Origin: a virus | DNA length: 64,000 nt | Virus record (IMG/VR): IMGVR_UViG_3300048904_000337 | Coordinates: 1-64,000 of that record | Strand: one strand, 5' to 3' | Shown: positions 1 to 9,220 of the stretch, in pieces | Layout: each line of letters opens with the position of its first letter | Position numbering within the stretch: position 1 is the stretch's first letter | The notes under the pieces: generated by a model | Database searches by the model: none | The model's input: only the letters and a program-made list of their open reading frames with translations | Told to the model about the DNA's origin: nothing | Program-made: the position numbers and the translations under genes

Positions 1-211
1 CAAAATTTAGCTCATATGATTCTTGTTCAGCCAGCGACAATACTTCCCAGCTTGGAACATACATTTCTACAAGCTTGTCGCCACCAAGCTCTACCCATCT
101 ACCATCAACATCTACAGCAATATACGGACGAAGTTTCGATAGGTCGCCTTCCATTTTTGCAAGTAGTTCACGTGCCGCAATAGCTGGAATAAGCTTGAAT
201 TTGAATTGCAT
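1..211 (-). CDS. hypothetical virion-module protein, N-terminal part only (ORF leaves window at position 1)
   Basis: ATG at 209-211, 17 nt after the spike-gene stop. The minus frame stays open to the window edge (MQFKFKLIPAIAARELLAKMEGDLSKLRPY...). Absent from the ORF track because it is truncated. Confidence 0.4.
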   Translation of the reverse strand, partial: MQFKFKLIPAIAARELLAKMEGDLSKLRPYIAVDVDGRWVELGGDKLVEMYVPSWEVLSLAEQESYELNF

Positions 212-228
212 GCCTTGGATTGATTTAA

Positions 229-924
229 TCATTGGAAAGGAGGCACCTGTCCATTATGTGTATGTCCGTAAACAACTGCTCCACCCACAGTGGTAGCCTG
301 CGGCAGTGTGGTAACTGGCCCGGTAACAATAAGATTTTTATCCACTTTCAGATTGCCTGTTATCTCAGTGTCAGGAGCATCAATTGTAACCTTAGTTGGA
401 GCAGTCAGCTTAATTGCTGTGGGCTGAATGCTAATCCGAGTTGCGCCGTCTGTTGACTGAATAACTAACGCTTCTGCGTCTTCTTCATTTATGGTATAAT
501 TGCGCATAACATCCGGTATGAAGATAGCATCACAAAATTTATGAGATGCTCCATCTGAACCAGCCGGCTGATCTTGCAGCGTTTGTAGGAACAACGTGAT
601 ATCACGATCGCAGGCATATATCCAACCAAGATCTCCAGGCTTAATTGGGAAATTGATATGGAAGTTACCTGCACCCATGCTCAGCACTTGAATGTCAGGA
701 ATTGCTTTACGGTTTTGCCGAAGCAAGTCCCCACCAGTTGTCGGCCGTACGGTTGACATAATAGCAGGGCGGACAGTTGCAGTATTTGCCACTCTGTCAT
801 ACGACTCAACAATAGCTGGTAAGCAGCATTCAATATCCATGCTGATGGCACTTTGGATAAAGCGCAGCGTTGAGCTAACTGTTTTTGAGTCTTCTGGCTG
901 AGTAACTAATGGTCCGTTAAGCAT
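229..924 (-). CDS. central baseplate spike, gpV-like
   Basis: ORF track gives 229..1017. I prefer ATG 922-924, which overlaps the upstream stop (ATGCTTAA). The C-terminus ends in YGHTHNG, an HxH motif typical of P2 gpV-type spike tips. Located in the tail module. Confidence 0.5.
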   Translation of the reverse strand: MLNGPLVTQPEDSKTVSSTLRFIQSAISMDIECCLPAIVESYDRVANTATVRPAIMSTVRPTTGGDLLRQNRKAIPDIQVLSMGAGNFHINFPIKPGDLGWIYACDRDITLFLQTLQDQPAGSDGASHKFCDAIFIPDVMRNYTINEEDAEALVIQSTDGATRISIQPTAIKLTAPTKVTIDAPDTEITGNLKVDKNLIVTGPVTTLPQATTVGGAVVYGHTHNGQVPPFQ

Positions 925-1222
925 CGCCCCACCAATACAATTTGTGCAGTCCATTGGCAAAGTTTTGATAAGTAGGGTAACTTGCCCCGTCTTCGCAAAG
1001 CCAGCCAATATTGCCAAACCGCTTATTCTGCGGAGCAGGCATCATGGAAGTGTTAGCGGCAGATAAATGCCCAGAAATTACAGATGTTCCGTCTACAGTA
1101 ACTGTTAACAATGTACTGTTAGACGGGCCCAGCTGAACAGTTATGCCAAACAGCCTTCCACCAAGCAAACAAGCTAGCTCTTGGTTGGGAACAGCTTGTA
1201 GCTGGATTAGATTCATCGTCAT
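917..1222 (-). CDS. hypothetical tail-module protein
   Basis: 101-aa ORF between the tube-like and spike genes. Its stop overlaps the spike start. No motif recognised. Confidence 0.5.
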   Translation of the reverse strand: MTMNLIQLQAVPNQELACLLGGRLFGITVQLGPSNSTLLTVTVDGTSVISGHLSAANTSMMPAPQNKRFGNIGWLCEDGASYPTYQNFANGLHKLYWWGDA

Positions 1223-1326
1223 TTAACTTACCTCGTAAGGCATTATAACGCGAGGCGGACTGGCCAGTAAATAACCAGCAAATAGGAAAGCCCAGGAAAG
1301 CCTGGGCTAAAATGTAGCAACTGCTG

Positions 1327-1788
1327 TTACACGCCCTGGTTGTTGTCGTTACGGTCTTCGAACACGAAGCCAAAGGCTCGCGAGTTCATGCGGCCATCCT
1401 GAGAACCAGACGGTGTAGCTGGACCACTGATAATCATACCGCTAGTGAGCGTAACAGTACGGCCGCTTGGGAACGTTTCAACGATGGTAATAACGTCCAT
1501 TGGGCGAGCACCTTTCTTCTTGCTAATGCGGTTGGCTTCATGCAAGATCGACAGGTTTTGGTCATCAATAGAGCCAGGAACAACTGCGTACTTGGTAGTA
1601 ACAACAGCTGGTTTGCTCCATACAACAAGATCACCGTTAGGGCCCATACCATATGCGGCAGTTTCCAGGTCACCGCTTTCAATAGGCGCCTGGTCATCCG
1701 CGAACATGTTGATAGTGAAACCCTGTGGGAAAGTTACGCTTGCGGTAATCCGTACCGACAAGCCAAACAGGGAAATATTTGTGCTCAT
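1327..1788 (-). CDS. tail tube-like protein, copy 1
   Basis: 153 aa, directly downstream of the sheath-like gene. Clear paralog of 62766..63263 (FPQGFTINMFADDQAPIE vs MPVGFKISQFADDADSIQ; SGMIISGPATPSGSQDGRM vs KGRIISGVASSSATAEGRM). Confidence 0.55.
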   Translation of the reverse strand: MSTNISLFGLSVRITASVTFPQGFTINMFADDQAPIESGDLETAAYGMGPNGDLVVWSKPAVVTTKYAVVPGSIDDQNLSILHEANRISKKKGARPMDVITIVETFPSGRTVTLTSGMIISGPATPSGSQDGRMNSRAFGFVFEDRNDNNQGV

Positions 1789-1806
1789 GTAAAGCTCTCC
1801 TGAGAA

Positions 1807-1829
1807 GGTGACCCACAGCGTAGGCCACC
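1807..1829 (-). promoter_or_regulatory. intercistronic RNA hairpin between sheath-like and tube-like genes, carries the ACCCACAG motif
   Basis: Minus-sense GGUGGCC-uacgcugug-GGUCACC. All 7 pairs form in minus-sense RNA (one G-U wobble), whereas the plus sense would have an A-C mismatch. Followed by UUCU and the RBS AGGAGA. Confidence 0.5.
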
Positions 1830-1842
1830 AACTTGTTGGTTG

Positions 1843-3438
1843 TTAGATCAGGACATCGCGGCCGGTGATCTTGCGGATTTGGTCGTTTTTGCCGTAGACC
1901 AACAGATAGTTGATGTAGTACTTGGTCACGCCGTTGACAACCTCGCTTTCAACCGAGGCATCTACCCAGTAGCCCTTATCTTCTACCTGCCGCCATGCGG
2001 TAGAGTTGCCGGTGATTTGGGTGATGTAAGCGCGCTGGAGGTTATTCAACGTTTTGCCAACGGAAATAACACCGTTCTCCAGGCCACTGTCGATCGGGCC
2101 CTGGATCAGACCAAGTACAGTAGTGCGGCCTTCACGGTTTGCAGGAATGGTTGGCAAAGCCAGAAGGCCATTCATGCAAACAGTCAGGATGGAGTCCTTC
2201 AGCCAGATTTCACCAGTGTAGGTAGTCAGGTCTACTGCAGCAGTAGAACCACCCATCAGGACGCCTTCCTGGTAGAACGCGATTTTCTGGCCAGATTTCT
2301 GTGTACGACCAATGTAGTTAGTGCGAGCTGCATCCATTACATCTGCACCGGTGTTATCGGTAATGGCTGGCCGGCGGTTGTCGAACTGGTAAAACATGAA
2401 GTTCTGCGAAGCAGCTGGTTGGGTGAAATCAATGGCACCAAAGATTTCTGCAGGCGAAAATTCTTGGTACACATCATTAACGTTCAATGGAGTGGCAGAA
2501 CGAATCTGTAGGCAAGTACCACTGTAGCCCTTCAGCGCGTTGTAGTAGGTAAGCGCGTCTGCCTGGGTATTAACACCGACGCAGTACACAAACTTGTTGT
2601 TTTGCGCATGGTTCCAGGCGGCAACACTTTCAACATCTGCCAAAGTCAAGGCATTTGCAGTATTATTGCTGATGTAGCCAAACGAACCAAAGTTGTCGTT
2701 CTCTGCAGCATCTGCAGTTACAGTGTCAAGCGGCGCTGTAGTGGAGGCTGGGAAAGATGGAACAGCAGTAGCAGTTGCTTCATTGATTCCGAAAGCAGTG
2801 CTGAGAACCAGCGCGCTGGTGCCGTCTGCCCCTGTAAACTGGAAAGACTGGAACACGTCCGGTAGTGCAGAGTTGCCTGGCGCAGTAATGACAAAAGCGT
2901 CTTTGTTGATGTCGTAGGTCACTACCGCAGCAGCAAAAGGCGTGTACTCTTCAGACGAGTAGGTAATGGCCGGAGACGCACGCAGCTGGGTTTGCAGCAT
3001 GGCAGCAAGGTCATTTTTGGTAGTGCCAGTAGCAGTCAGACCAGTGATGTTTGCAACAACAGTTGGGTCCGCGAAGGACGCAGTAAGCTGATTGTTAGTT
3101 GCAAGCAAAGCAGTAATGTCTGCAAACGACGAAGACAAAGTACCATAAACAGCAGCAGGAGAACCAGCCGCGTCACGACGGCGAACAAACGAAATCGAGC
3201 GTGGCGAACTGATGGTTTTTGACACAAAGCCCAGATAGTTGGTTGCAACTTTGAACTCTACCGAGGCATTACCAAAGTAGTTACCTACGTCAGTTGGATC
3301 GGTAAAAGAAGCAACAACATTGCCCGGCAATGCAGCATTGTCAGTATACGCGCGGAGATTGAAGTCGCGCAGGGCAACAACTGCAGCTCCGCCTACACCG
3401 GAAACGATGTCAACGTAGCGGGTAATAGAAATAGACAT
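1843..3438 (-). CDS. tail sheath-like / major tail structural protein
   Basis: 531-aa ORF immediately upstream of the tube-like gene and downstream of the connector genes. The N-terminus (MSISITRYVDIVSGVGG...) resembles what I recall of DUF3383-type sheath proteins. This is inferred and not verified. Confidence 0.45.
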   Translation of the reverse strand: MSISITRYVDIVSGVGGAAVVALRDFNLRAYTDNAALPGNVVASFTDPTDVGNYFGNASVEFKVATNYLGFVSKTISSPRSISFVRRRDAAGSPAAVYGTLSSSFADITALLATNNQLTASFADPTVVANITGLTATGTTKNDLAAMLQTQLRASPAITYSSEEYTPFAAAVVTYDINKDAFVITAPGNSALPDVFQSFQFTGADGTSALVLSTAFGINEATATAVPSFPASTTAPLDTVTADAAENDNFGSFGYISNNTANALTLADVESVAAWNHAQNNKFVYCVGVNTQADALTYYNALKGYSGTCLQIRSATPLNVNDVYQEFSPAEIFGAIDFTQPAASQNFMFYQFDNRRPAITDNTGADVMDAARTNYIGRTQKSGQKIAFYQEGVLMGGSTAAVDLTTYTGEIWLKDSILTVCMNGLLALPTIPANREGRTTVLGLIQGPIDSGLENGVISVGKTLNNLQRAYITQITGNSTAWRQVEDKGYWVDASVESEVVNGVTKYYINYLLVYGKNDQIRKITGRDVLI

Positions 3439-3452
3439 GTGGTTTCCCCTCC

Positions 3453-4025
3453 TTAAGGGATAACTTCAATGTTACCCGTAATCTTGCTAACTACAGGAAC
3501 TGCAGCAACAAGCGTTACGCGAGTGTATGTTACAACAATATCCAGCGAAGGACTTGCCTCTGGACGGTCTTGATCGTCAGGGAGGTATCCGTTTGAAAGG
3601 TTGCTGACTACGCGGAACGCACCAACCCCCTCTAATTGTAAAGCATCAACTGTAGCCACAGACTGCAAAAAGCCAGCTGCTGTGCTCAGTAAGTCAGAGG
3701 CTGTTGGGATGTAGACATCCGGAAATTGCATCGACCTGGCAGACAGCTGAAAGGTTGAAACGTAAACTTGATTTTCCCATTCATTTAGGAAAGTTGAATC
3801 TGCATTGAGTCTGTACTCTGGTTTTGCAAAGCCGTGTCGCCTGTCAAATAGCTTTTCCAGAAAAAGTGCAGGACCAGCTGGGATACCTTCCTTAGTTGGC
3901 TGGTTCTTCTGCAGTACTGGGAAAGCTTGGGTGTAGCCAGGAACTTGGTTAGCAGCTTGTAGTGCAAACCCGGTATTAAGAATGCTGAGTAGCTTTGCGA
4001 TCAGCTGGTTATCTGTAGTAATCAT
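3453..4025 (-). CDS. hypothetical neck/tail-completion protein
   Basis: ORF track gives 3453..4061. ATG 4023-4025 overlaps the upstream stop (ATGA). Sits between the head-tail connectors and the sheath-like gene. Confidence 0.5.
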   Translation of the reverse strand: MITTDNQLIAKLLSILNTGFALQAANQVPGYTQAFPVLQKNQPTKEGIPAGPALFLEKLFDRRHGFAKPEYRLNADSTFLNEWENQVYVSTFQLSARSMQFPDVYIPTASDLLSTAAGFLQSVATVDALQLEGVGAFRVVSNLSNGYLPDDQDRPEASPSLDIVVTYTRVTLVAAVPVVSKITGNIEVIP

Positions 4026-4408
4026 TGCGTCACCGGAGTAGGAATAGTCAGCATTACGCAAAGAACGCCCTTCCAGCCGTCGAATTCAAACCAGTCAAGG
4101 TCGCTATGAACCTCATACTGCTTGGAACCAACAATGATCTTGTCCCCTGCCATATCCCGACCAAAAATACCCATGTCATCAGACAGGTAAACGTTTATAT
4201 ACTTCTTATTGAAGTCGAGACCAAGCTGAACATAAGAGTTCAATGAAACAGCCTGGCAGCTTGCCTCGATTACTTCCGGCTCTTCCGCATAGCCAGGCAC
4301 AAGAATGCCGATTGAGTTAGCTGTCCGACCTAGATACCTATAAACATTAACAGGATAAGTGTCAATATTTAGGAAGGCATCATCAAGGAGATTAGAACCG
4401 GGTGTCAT
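4022..4408 (-). CDS. hypothetical head-tail joining protein
   Basis: 128-aa ORF, translationally coupled to both neighbours within the connector cluster. Confidence 0.5.
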   Translation of the reverse strand: MTPGSNLLDDAFLNIDTYPVNVYRYLGRTANSIGILVPGYAEEPEVIEASCQAVSLNSYVQLGLDFNKKYINVYLSDDMGIFGRDMAGDKIIVGSKQYEVHSDLDWFEFDGWKGVLCVMLTIPTPVTQ

Positions 4409-4857
4409 TTTGTCTCCCTGTGGGTAATAGTTTGCCCAAGAATTCCATCGCGTACAAGCGGCTTGTCAAAACCTTTTTGAGCAATAGTCGAATCAGCGTT
4501 ACCCTGGAAGTCTCCTTCTTTAAGGGTTTCTTGAATAGTGGCTACCAGCGCTTCGCCTAGCTTTTTCTTGTATGCCTCTACTGTAAGCGTACCATCCAAA
4601 ATTTCTGCCGATCGTCGCTCGATATAACCAGGTAACTTGGCATCGATTTTTGCTGCCGACTGCCGGAGAAGTGGACGGGCAGGTATACCCTTGTGGCCCG
4701 TCTCTGGATTTGGTGTTGTACCAAATTCGTTGGCAATCATTACAGCGGCAACACTTTGGCCTGTTGGGTACGTAGCGTTTTCAAACCAGCCAGCATCAAC
4801 ATTTGAGCCGTCTAGCTGCCTGAGTACGGCTGCGTGCTGGTCAAGTTTTTTGCTCAA
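4405..4857 (-). CDS. HK97 gp10-like head-tail/tail-completion protein
   Basis: 150 aa. The segment VAAVMIANEFGTTPNPETGHKGIPARPLLRQ matches the conserved NEFGT...PARPF core of the HK97 gp10 family as I recall it. Confidence 0.55.
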   Translation of the reverse strand: MSKKLDQHAAVLRQLDGSNVDAGWFENATYPTGQSVAAVMIANEFGTTPNPETGHKGIPARPLLRQSAAKIDAKLPGYIERRSAEILDGTLTVEAYKKKLGEALVATIQETLKEGDFQGNADSTIAQKGFDKPLVRDGILGQTITHRETK

Positions 4858-5297
4858 TGGAAAGTCCCGCCAACTTTTCGAAATGCTGCGCGCTCAGGCA
4901 GACCACCAATGGAGAATCCACCCACAGTGTCAATCTGCAGCATTGTCAGCAGTTGCTGTCCATATGGAGTTTGACCAAGCCACCACTCAAACATATCAGC
5001 AGCAGGTGGAGCAACTCGCGATACCGATACTTTATCAACAGTTGAGCTATTAACAAAACCACCTTGCTTACCTTTTGTGATAGTGGTGGTATGAATCCTC
5101 AATAGGTGTGCGAGCAGCAATTCCATATGCAGCTCAGCACATTCACCACAACCAACTCCGCCACAATCGCCTTCCTCGATCATGCAGACAACTTGGCGCC
5201 AGTACAGATTAAGCAAAGAATCCGGATATTTGGTTTCATTGGCAAACTCTGTAAAGTTTGCGCGGAAGTCATCAATGTTGAGAACAGGCGTGGCCAT
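4854..5297 (-). CDS. head-tail adaptor-like protein (DUF4054-like)
   Basis: 147 aa, the first gene of the connector cluster after the capsid genes. The N-terminal FRANFTEFANET...LLLAHLL pattern resembles that family. Inference. Confidence 0.45.
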   Translation of the reverse strand: MATPVLNIDDFRANFTEFANETKYPDSLLNLYWRQVVCMIEEGDCGGVGCGECAELHMELLLAHLLRIHTTTITKGKQGGFVNSSTVDKVSVSRVAPPAADMFEWWLGQTPYGQQLLTMLQIDTVGGFSIGGLPERAAFRKVGGTFH

Positions 5298-5299
5298 TG

Positions 5300-5737
5300 T
5301 TAGTCGTCCTCGTTTTCAGCGAGTTTGGTGGTGACTTTAACTTCGGACTGCAGAGTCTCCGAATTAAGCGGAGCACTGCCATCACGTTTGGTCATGTCGC
5401 CGTCAACAGCGTCGGCAACTTTCTTGTGGCTGTCGCCGAAGTCTTCATCCATGATTTTGTAGAAGCCGCGCTTGACAGCTGCTTGGAAACCAATGTGCCC
5501 CTCCAGCGCCTCAGCGTCAGCATCACTGATTTTAGTGACAACACCATGCGGGGTCCACAACGGTTTGCCATCTTCGGTGTTGGTCAGCTCACCAAAACCG
5601 CTGGTCAAACTTGGGGAGTTGGCACCGCCTTTGATAAGGACGGTATGCTCAACCACGTTCACGCCGCCGTTTTGGCCTTGACGGTAGAACACAAATTTTT
5701 GGTGGCAAGTCGCAGTTGACAAAACAAACTTGGACAT
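5300..5737 (-). CDS. hypothetical protein (head module)
   Basis: 145-aa ORF with its own upstream region, after the capsid-gene terminator. Acidic C-terminus. Confidence 0.55.
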   Translation of the reverse strand: MSKFVLSTATCHQKFVFYRQGQNGGVNVVEHTVLIKGGANSPSLTSGFGELTNTEDGKPLWTPHGVVTKISDADAEALEGHIGFQAAVKRGFYKIMDEDFGDSHKKVADAVDGDMTKRDGSAPLNSETLQSEVKVTTKLAENEDD

Positions 5738-5865
5738 GTTTGGGTACCTTGTTATTCGGGGGAAGAAAACAGGCTAATTATAAGCCAGACCTGTTTTAAC
5801 CGTAAACCGATAGGGGTAGTTTATAGAAGCTTTTTATTTACAAAGCTCCCAATTGTGCGGCATAA

Positions 5866-5894
5866 TAAAAAAGGGGAATAACTTCCCCTTTTTT
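5866..5894. terminator. intrinsic terminator after the major capsid gene (bidirectional shape)
   Basis: A-run, then GGGGAA-taac-TTCCCC, then a T6 run. Begins 23 nt below the capsid stop at 5917. Confidence 0.75.
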
Positions 5895-5916
5895 AATTTA
5901 CTGCTTAGCGCCAGTA

Positions 5917-7014
5917 TTAGATACCGGAATAGCGGACCACAGCGTAAGGGCGGGTGCACATTACACCAGCAGTGGCGTTTGCAAAGTCTTCGATGTAGCG
6001 CTTTGCCTTCTTCTCGACACCGACAGTCAGGAACTTGCTGACTACCAGTTGCTTGAAGACCATACCGCCGTCAGTCGAACCGTCGATCGAGCTGTCAACT
6101 TCTTCAGCATACAGGTAGAACACGTTCGCGCCAGTAGCTGCAGCGTTCAGCTCTGGAGCCGATTCGATGCGGATACGTTTGTAAGTCTGGGTCAGCCAGT
6201 CGCGAACAGAGATACCCTGCACGGTAACGGTGCTCAGGAAGTCTACCGAACTGGTTGCGATCAGCAGAACCAGGTCGACATTTTCCGGATCGATGTTGTC
6301 CTGCGACTGGGTACGCAGAGCAGCAATTGCAGTCCGGATATCAGACATGATCGCCAAAGCGTCCTTGGTCGACCAGGTGCCACCAGCAACGGAAACGTAG
6401 GCAGGCAGGTTCGGGTCATTCAGCAGACCGAAGGTGCGGTTTGAACCGTTGTACCAGCCGTTGAAGCCGATAGCGTTACGCATGATTTCCAGGCCGATTG
6501 CAGCAGCTTGGCGCTTATGCTCGCCGACGTTCAGGTTCATGGCAGCAGCACGTTGCTCTTCCAGCATGGCGACGGACATACCGTGCTCACCACGAACGAT
6601 GGTGCGACGCTCGAAGTTGGTGTTCAGGCCAGCCAGAGGGATACGGTTGTAGTCGCCATATTCAGTAGCAGAGCTGGCAGGTTCAACAACGCCCTGCACA
6701 ACTTCTTGGTCCTTGAACTCGCCCACAGTGGTGACGCCGATGCACTTGTCGATCTTGCGAGCTGCGGTCAGGATCTGGACGAAACCAGGCAACCACGCCT
6801 GCAGGAACTGGATCGGTGTAGCGATCGAGCCGGTAGTTACCGCAGGGGTGAACGAGGCGTCACCAACTGCCAGAGCACGGACTTGGCGGTGTACAACACC
6901 CGGGTCAATGTTGATGCCGATGCGGCGCAGGGCTTGGACAGCCTGGTCACCGACAACCGTCATGTTGAATGGGCGAACATCACGCGCCCGGATGTGACTG
7001 TGAATTACAGACAT
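5917..7014 (-). CDS. major capsid protein
   Basis: 365 aa. Follows the scaffold and decoration genes and is followed by a strong terminator. Codon usage looks like a highly expressed gene. The family (DUF2184/HK97-fold-like) is inferred. Confidence 0.7.
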   Translation of the reverse strand: MSVIHSHIRARDVRPFNMTVVGDQAVQALRRIGINIDPGVVHRQVRALAVGDASFTPAVTTGSIATPIQFLQAWLPGFVQILTAARKIDKCIGVTTVGEFKDQEVVQGVVEPASSATEYGDYNRIPLAGLNTNFERRTIVRGEHGMSVAMLEEQRAAAMNLNVGEHKRQAAAIGLEIMRNAIGFNGWYNGSNRTFGLLNDPNLPAYVSVAGGTWSTKDALAIMSDIRTAIAALRTQSQDNIDPENVDLVLLIATSSVDFLSTVTVQGISVRDWLTQTYKRIRIESAPELNAAATGANVFYLYAEEVDSSIDGSTDGGMVFKQLVVSKFLTVGVEKKAKRYIEDFANATAGVMCTRPYAVVRYSGI

Positions 7015-7061
7015 TTATTTCTCCTTGAGCTGGGCGTAAACGCCCAGCAGACGGTTGAGGA

Positions 7062-7574
7062 TTAGTACAGCTCGATCAGAGCAGGACCAGCGCCGGTAGT
7101 AGTTGTCAGAACGCGACCGTTCAGTGCAGTTGCACCAGAGGTCGAGGCAAGCTCGATAGCGCCAGTTGCTGGGTCAAAGCCGATGGCAGCGCCGTAGGTA
7201 ACAGCGGTACTGAATGGAACAACACACTGACCTTTGGTCATGAGCTGTGCGCGTTCCAGCGGGGCCAGAGCCAGGGTTGGGGCCAAAGTGCCACCTGCCG
7301 AAGTGCCGTACAAGGCAAATTCTTGCGGGTTGACCAGGATACCGGCAAAGGCAGTGGTACCACCGACGACAGCGATGTTCTCGTTGTTGGCCGAACCGTG
7401 AGCTGGAGCGCCGTTGACCGTGTCGCTCGAGTAGGTGTAAGCGTAACCGAAGTTGTTCGGCAGCGCAGACTGGTTATTCAGGCGCCACGAAGTGATGACG
7501 TGAGGAACTTCAGTGATGACTTGGCCGACAAAACCCTGAGTGTAGGTGAAGCCGACAGCAGATTGGAACGACAT
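7062..7574 (-). CDS. capsid decoration/cement-like protein
   Basis: 170-aa Gly/Ala/Thr-rich ORF between the scaffold and major capsid genes. Confidence 0.45.
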   Translation of the reverse strand: MSFQSAVGFTYTQGFVGQVITEVPHVITSWRLNNQSALPNNFGYAYTYSSDTVNGAPAHGSANNENIAVVGGTTAFAGILVNPQEFALYGTSAGGTLAPTLALAPLERAQLMTKGQCVVPFSTAVTYGAAIGFDPATGAIELASTSGATALNGRVLTTTTGAGPALIELY

Positions 7575-7585
7575 TGGCGTTCTCC

Positions 7586-8923
7586 TTACTTCTGTGGGTT
7601 GAGGTATGCGTCCAGCTCAGAGCTCGACGGAGCGGCACTGTCGCCGACACGTTGTTGTTTTACCGAAGCAACAGCTTTGGCAGTGGCTTTTTCAACGCCG
7701 TCCATATAGGCAGTCAGCGCAACAGCCGAGTCGCCCACGGCACACTTGATGCCCAGCTTTTTGACAGCGTACTCAGCAACTTTGCCGGCAGTCATGGAAG
7801 CGTGATCGAAAGCGCCGGTATGCTTGGATACACGGCTGTAAAGGGCGTCGCGTTCGGCAACGGCCTGGAACATGGAGTCCATGGTCACGGTCGATTTCTC
7901 CGAGTTGGCAATTTGCTCATCATTGTCATTGCCGTCACCGGCCTTGACGTCGGCATTAGTGCCGTCAGTGGAAGCGTCGGTAGATGCGTCAGTTTCTTCG
8001 TCACCGGTAGCAGCAGTGCTACCGCCAAGAACAGCAATCAGCTGTTTCAGCAGAGCAGTGACCTGGTCGTCAGCCGTGCCACCATCGGTTTCTTCATCGC
8101 CGGCTTTTTCTTCCTGGTTTTCACTTTTTCCTGCAGCAGCTGCAGCTTCGGCAGCTTCACGAGCAGCTTTGGCTTCGTCAGTTTCCGCTTCGCCCCCAGC
8201 TTCTGCTTCGCCACCTTCCTGGTGTTCAGGCTCTTTGGCTTCTTCCGCGAGGAATTGCTGGAGCACAGGGATTAGCTCGCGCAGTTTATCAACTGCACCG
8301 TCGCCAATACGTTTCTTTTTCATCTGATCTTCCTCAGAGGTTTGTTGGGAAAAGGCGCTATCTAGCACACGTGCGCCAGGAACTCGTGCCTTGCCGACAA
8401 GAGCGAGGTGATTCCCGCGCATGTCAACTTGTTCTGCCGCAACTTCACCGCCCTCTGTGGGAATGAAGTCACAGACAAAGCCGAGCGAAAGTTCAACTTT
8501 CTTCCCGGACATAATCAAACGAATCATTGTTCGGGAGTAAACAACCAGGTCGGCAACACACCAGCCTGTCTCTTCGTCAAAACGAAGGTTTACCATTACA
8601 CCACAGACGCCCTTCTTGTCCGGGTCTACACCCTCATCGACATCAGGCAGTCCATCACCATCCTGGGTAATGCCTTCAATATAGGTATGGTCGTCAATAA
8701 GTGGAAGGTTTTGGCAAGAGGTAAGGAAAGTCTCATTGCTGATAACCTCCTTAGCCCGCAAAACTTTGACAATCTCGTTTGGATCACCTGGAAGTTGTGC
8801 TTCGCTACGGGCGTAGTCGAAAATGCCGAAAGAGGTAATTGGGCACCCTGTTACATGCAGGAACCCATTCTCGTCAATACGACGAGCGCTTTTCGTTGAA
8901 GCCGCGTCAAAAACAATACGCAT
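7586..8923 (-). CDS. scaffolding / prohead protease-like protein (DUF2213-like)
   Basis: 445 aa. A structured N-terminal domain is followed by a long acidic Glu/Ala-rich low-complexity region (EEAKEPEHQEGGEAEAGGEAETDEAKAAREAAEAAAAAG), typical of scaffolds. Lies directly upstream of the capsid genes. Confidence 0.6.
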   Translation of the reverse strand: MRIVFDAASTKSARRIDENGFLHVTGCPITSFGIFDYARSEAQLPGDPNEIVKVLRAKEVISNETFLTSCQNLPLIDDHTYIEGITQDGDGLPDVDEGVDPDKKGVCGVMVNLRFDEETGWCVADLVVYSRTMIRLIMSGKKVELSLGFVCDFIPTEGGEVAAEQVDMRGNHLALVGKARVPGARVLDSAFSQQTSEEDQMKKKRIGDGAVDKLRELIPVLQQFLAEEAKEPEHQEGGEAEAGGEAETDEAKAAREAAEAAAAAGKSENQEEKAGDEETDGGTADDQVTALLKQLIAVLGGSTAATGDEETDASTDASTDGTNADVKAGDGNDNDEQIANSEKSTVTMDSMFQAVAERDALYSRVSKHTGAFDHASMTAGKVAEYAVKKLGIKCAVGDSAVALTAYMDGVEKATAKAVASVKQQRVGDSAAPSSSELDAYLNPQK

Positions 8924-9019
8924 CGGAGCATTACCTTAAAAGTTGAGCCCATTCTAAGACAATCGACCGGTCATTGTAAATATTTAGGGATTAAACTCAA
9001 TCAATAAATATTTCTAATG

Positions 9020-9160
9020 GTCAGTTAATTGACTGGAGCCAGTTTACCATTTGCCTTTTAGCGTTGTGATAAAAACAGTTTCTATCCGATTTGTTACTGC
9101 TGCTGGCTGACATTGCGCCAAAGACAGGCATATCACAAGTGTAAATGCTCTACGAAACAT
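9020..9160 (-). CDS. possible small secreted/membrane peptide downstream of the endolysin
   Basis: 46-codon ORF not in the track (MFRRAFTLVICLSFGAMSASSSNK...) with an N-terminal signal-like segment. RBS is weak and there is no proper lipobox. Confidence 0.25.
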
Positions 9161-9190
9161 GTGAGTTACCACTTGACCTGGGGGTTAAGC

Positions 9191-9214
9191 GGTGACCCAC
9201 AGGCGCAGGTCACC
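9191..9214 (-). promoter_or_regulatory. perfect 7-bp hairpin carrying the ACCCACAG motif, just after the endolysin stop
   Basis: GGTGACC-cacaggcgca-GGTCACC. Near-copy of the hairpin at 1807-1829. No T-run follows. Confidence 0.45.
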
Positions 9215-9220
9215 AAACTA

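Noticed and set aside
5853-5870. + strand GGCATAAT promoter-like box antisense to the capsid gene
   Set aside because: It sits immediately before the bidirectional terminator hairpin (5866-5894) and has no downstream + strand gene. It probably resembles the promoter family by chance.
9020-9160. Small ORF after the endolysin as an Rz1-type lipoprotein spanin
   Set aside because: The only Cys follows L-V-I, which is not a proper lipobox, and the RBS is weak. I kept it only as a low-confidence signal-peptide ORF.
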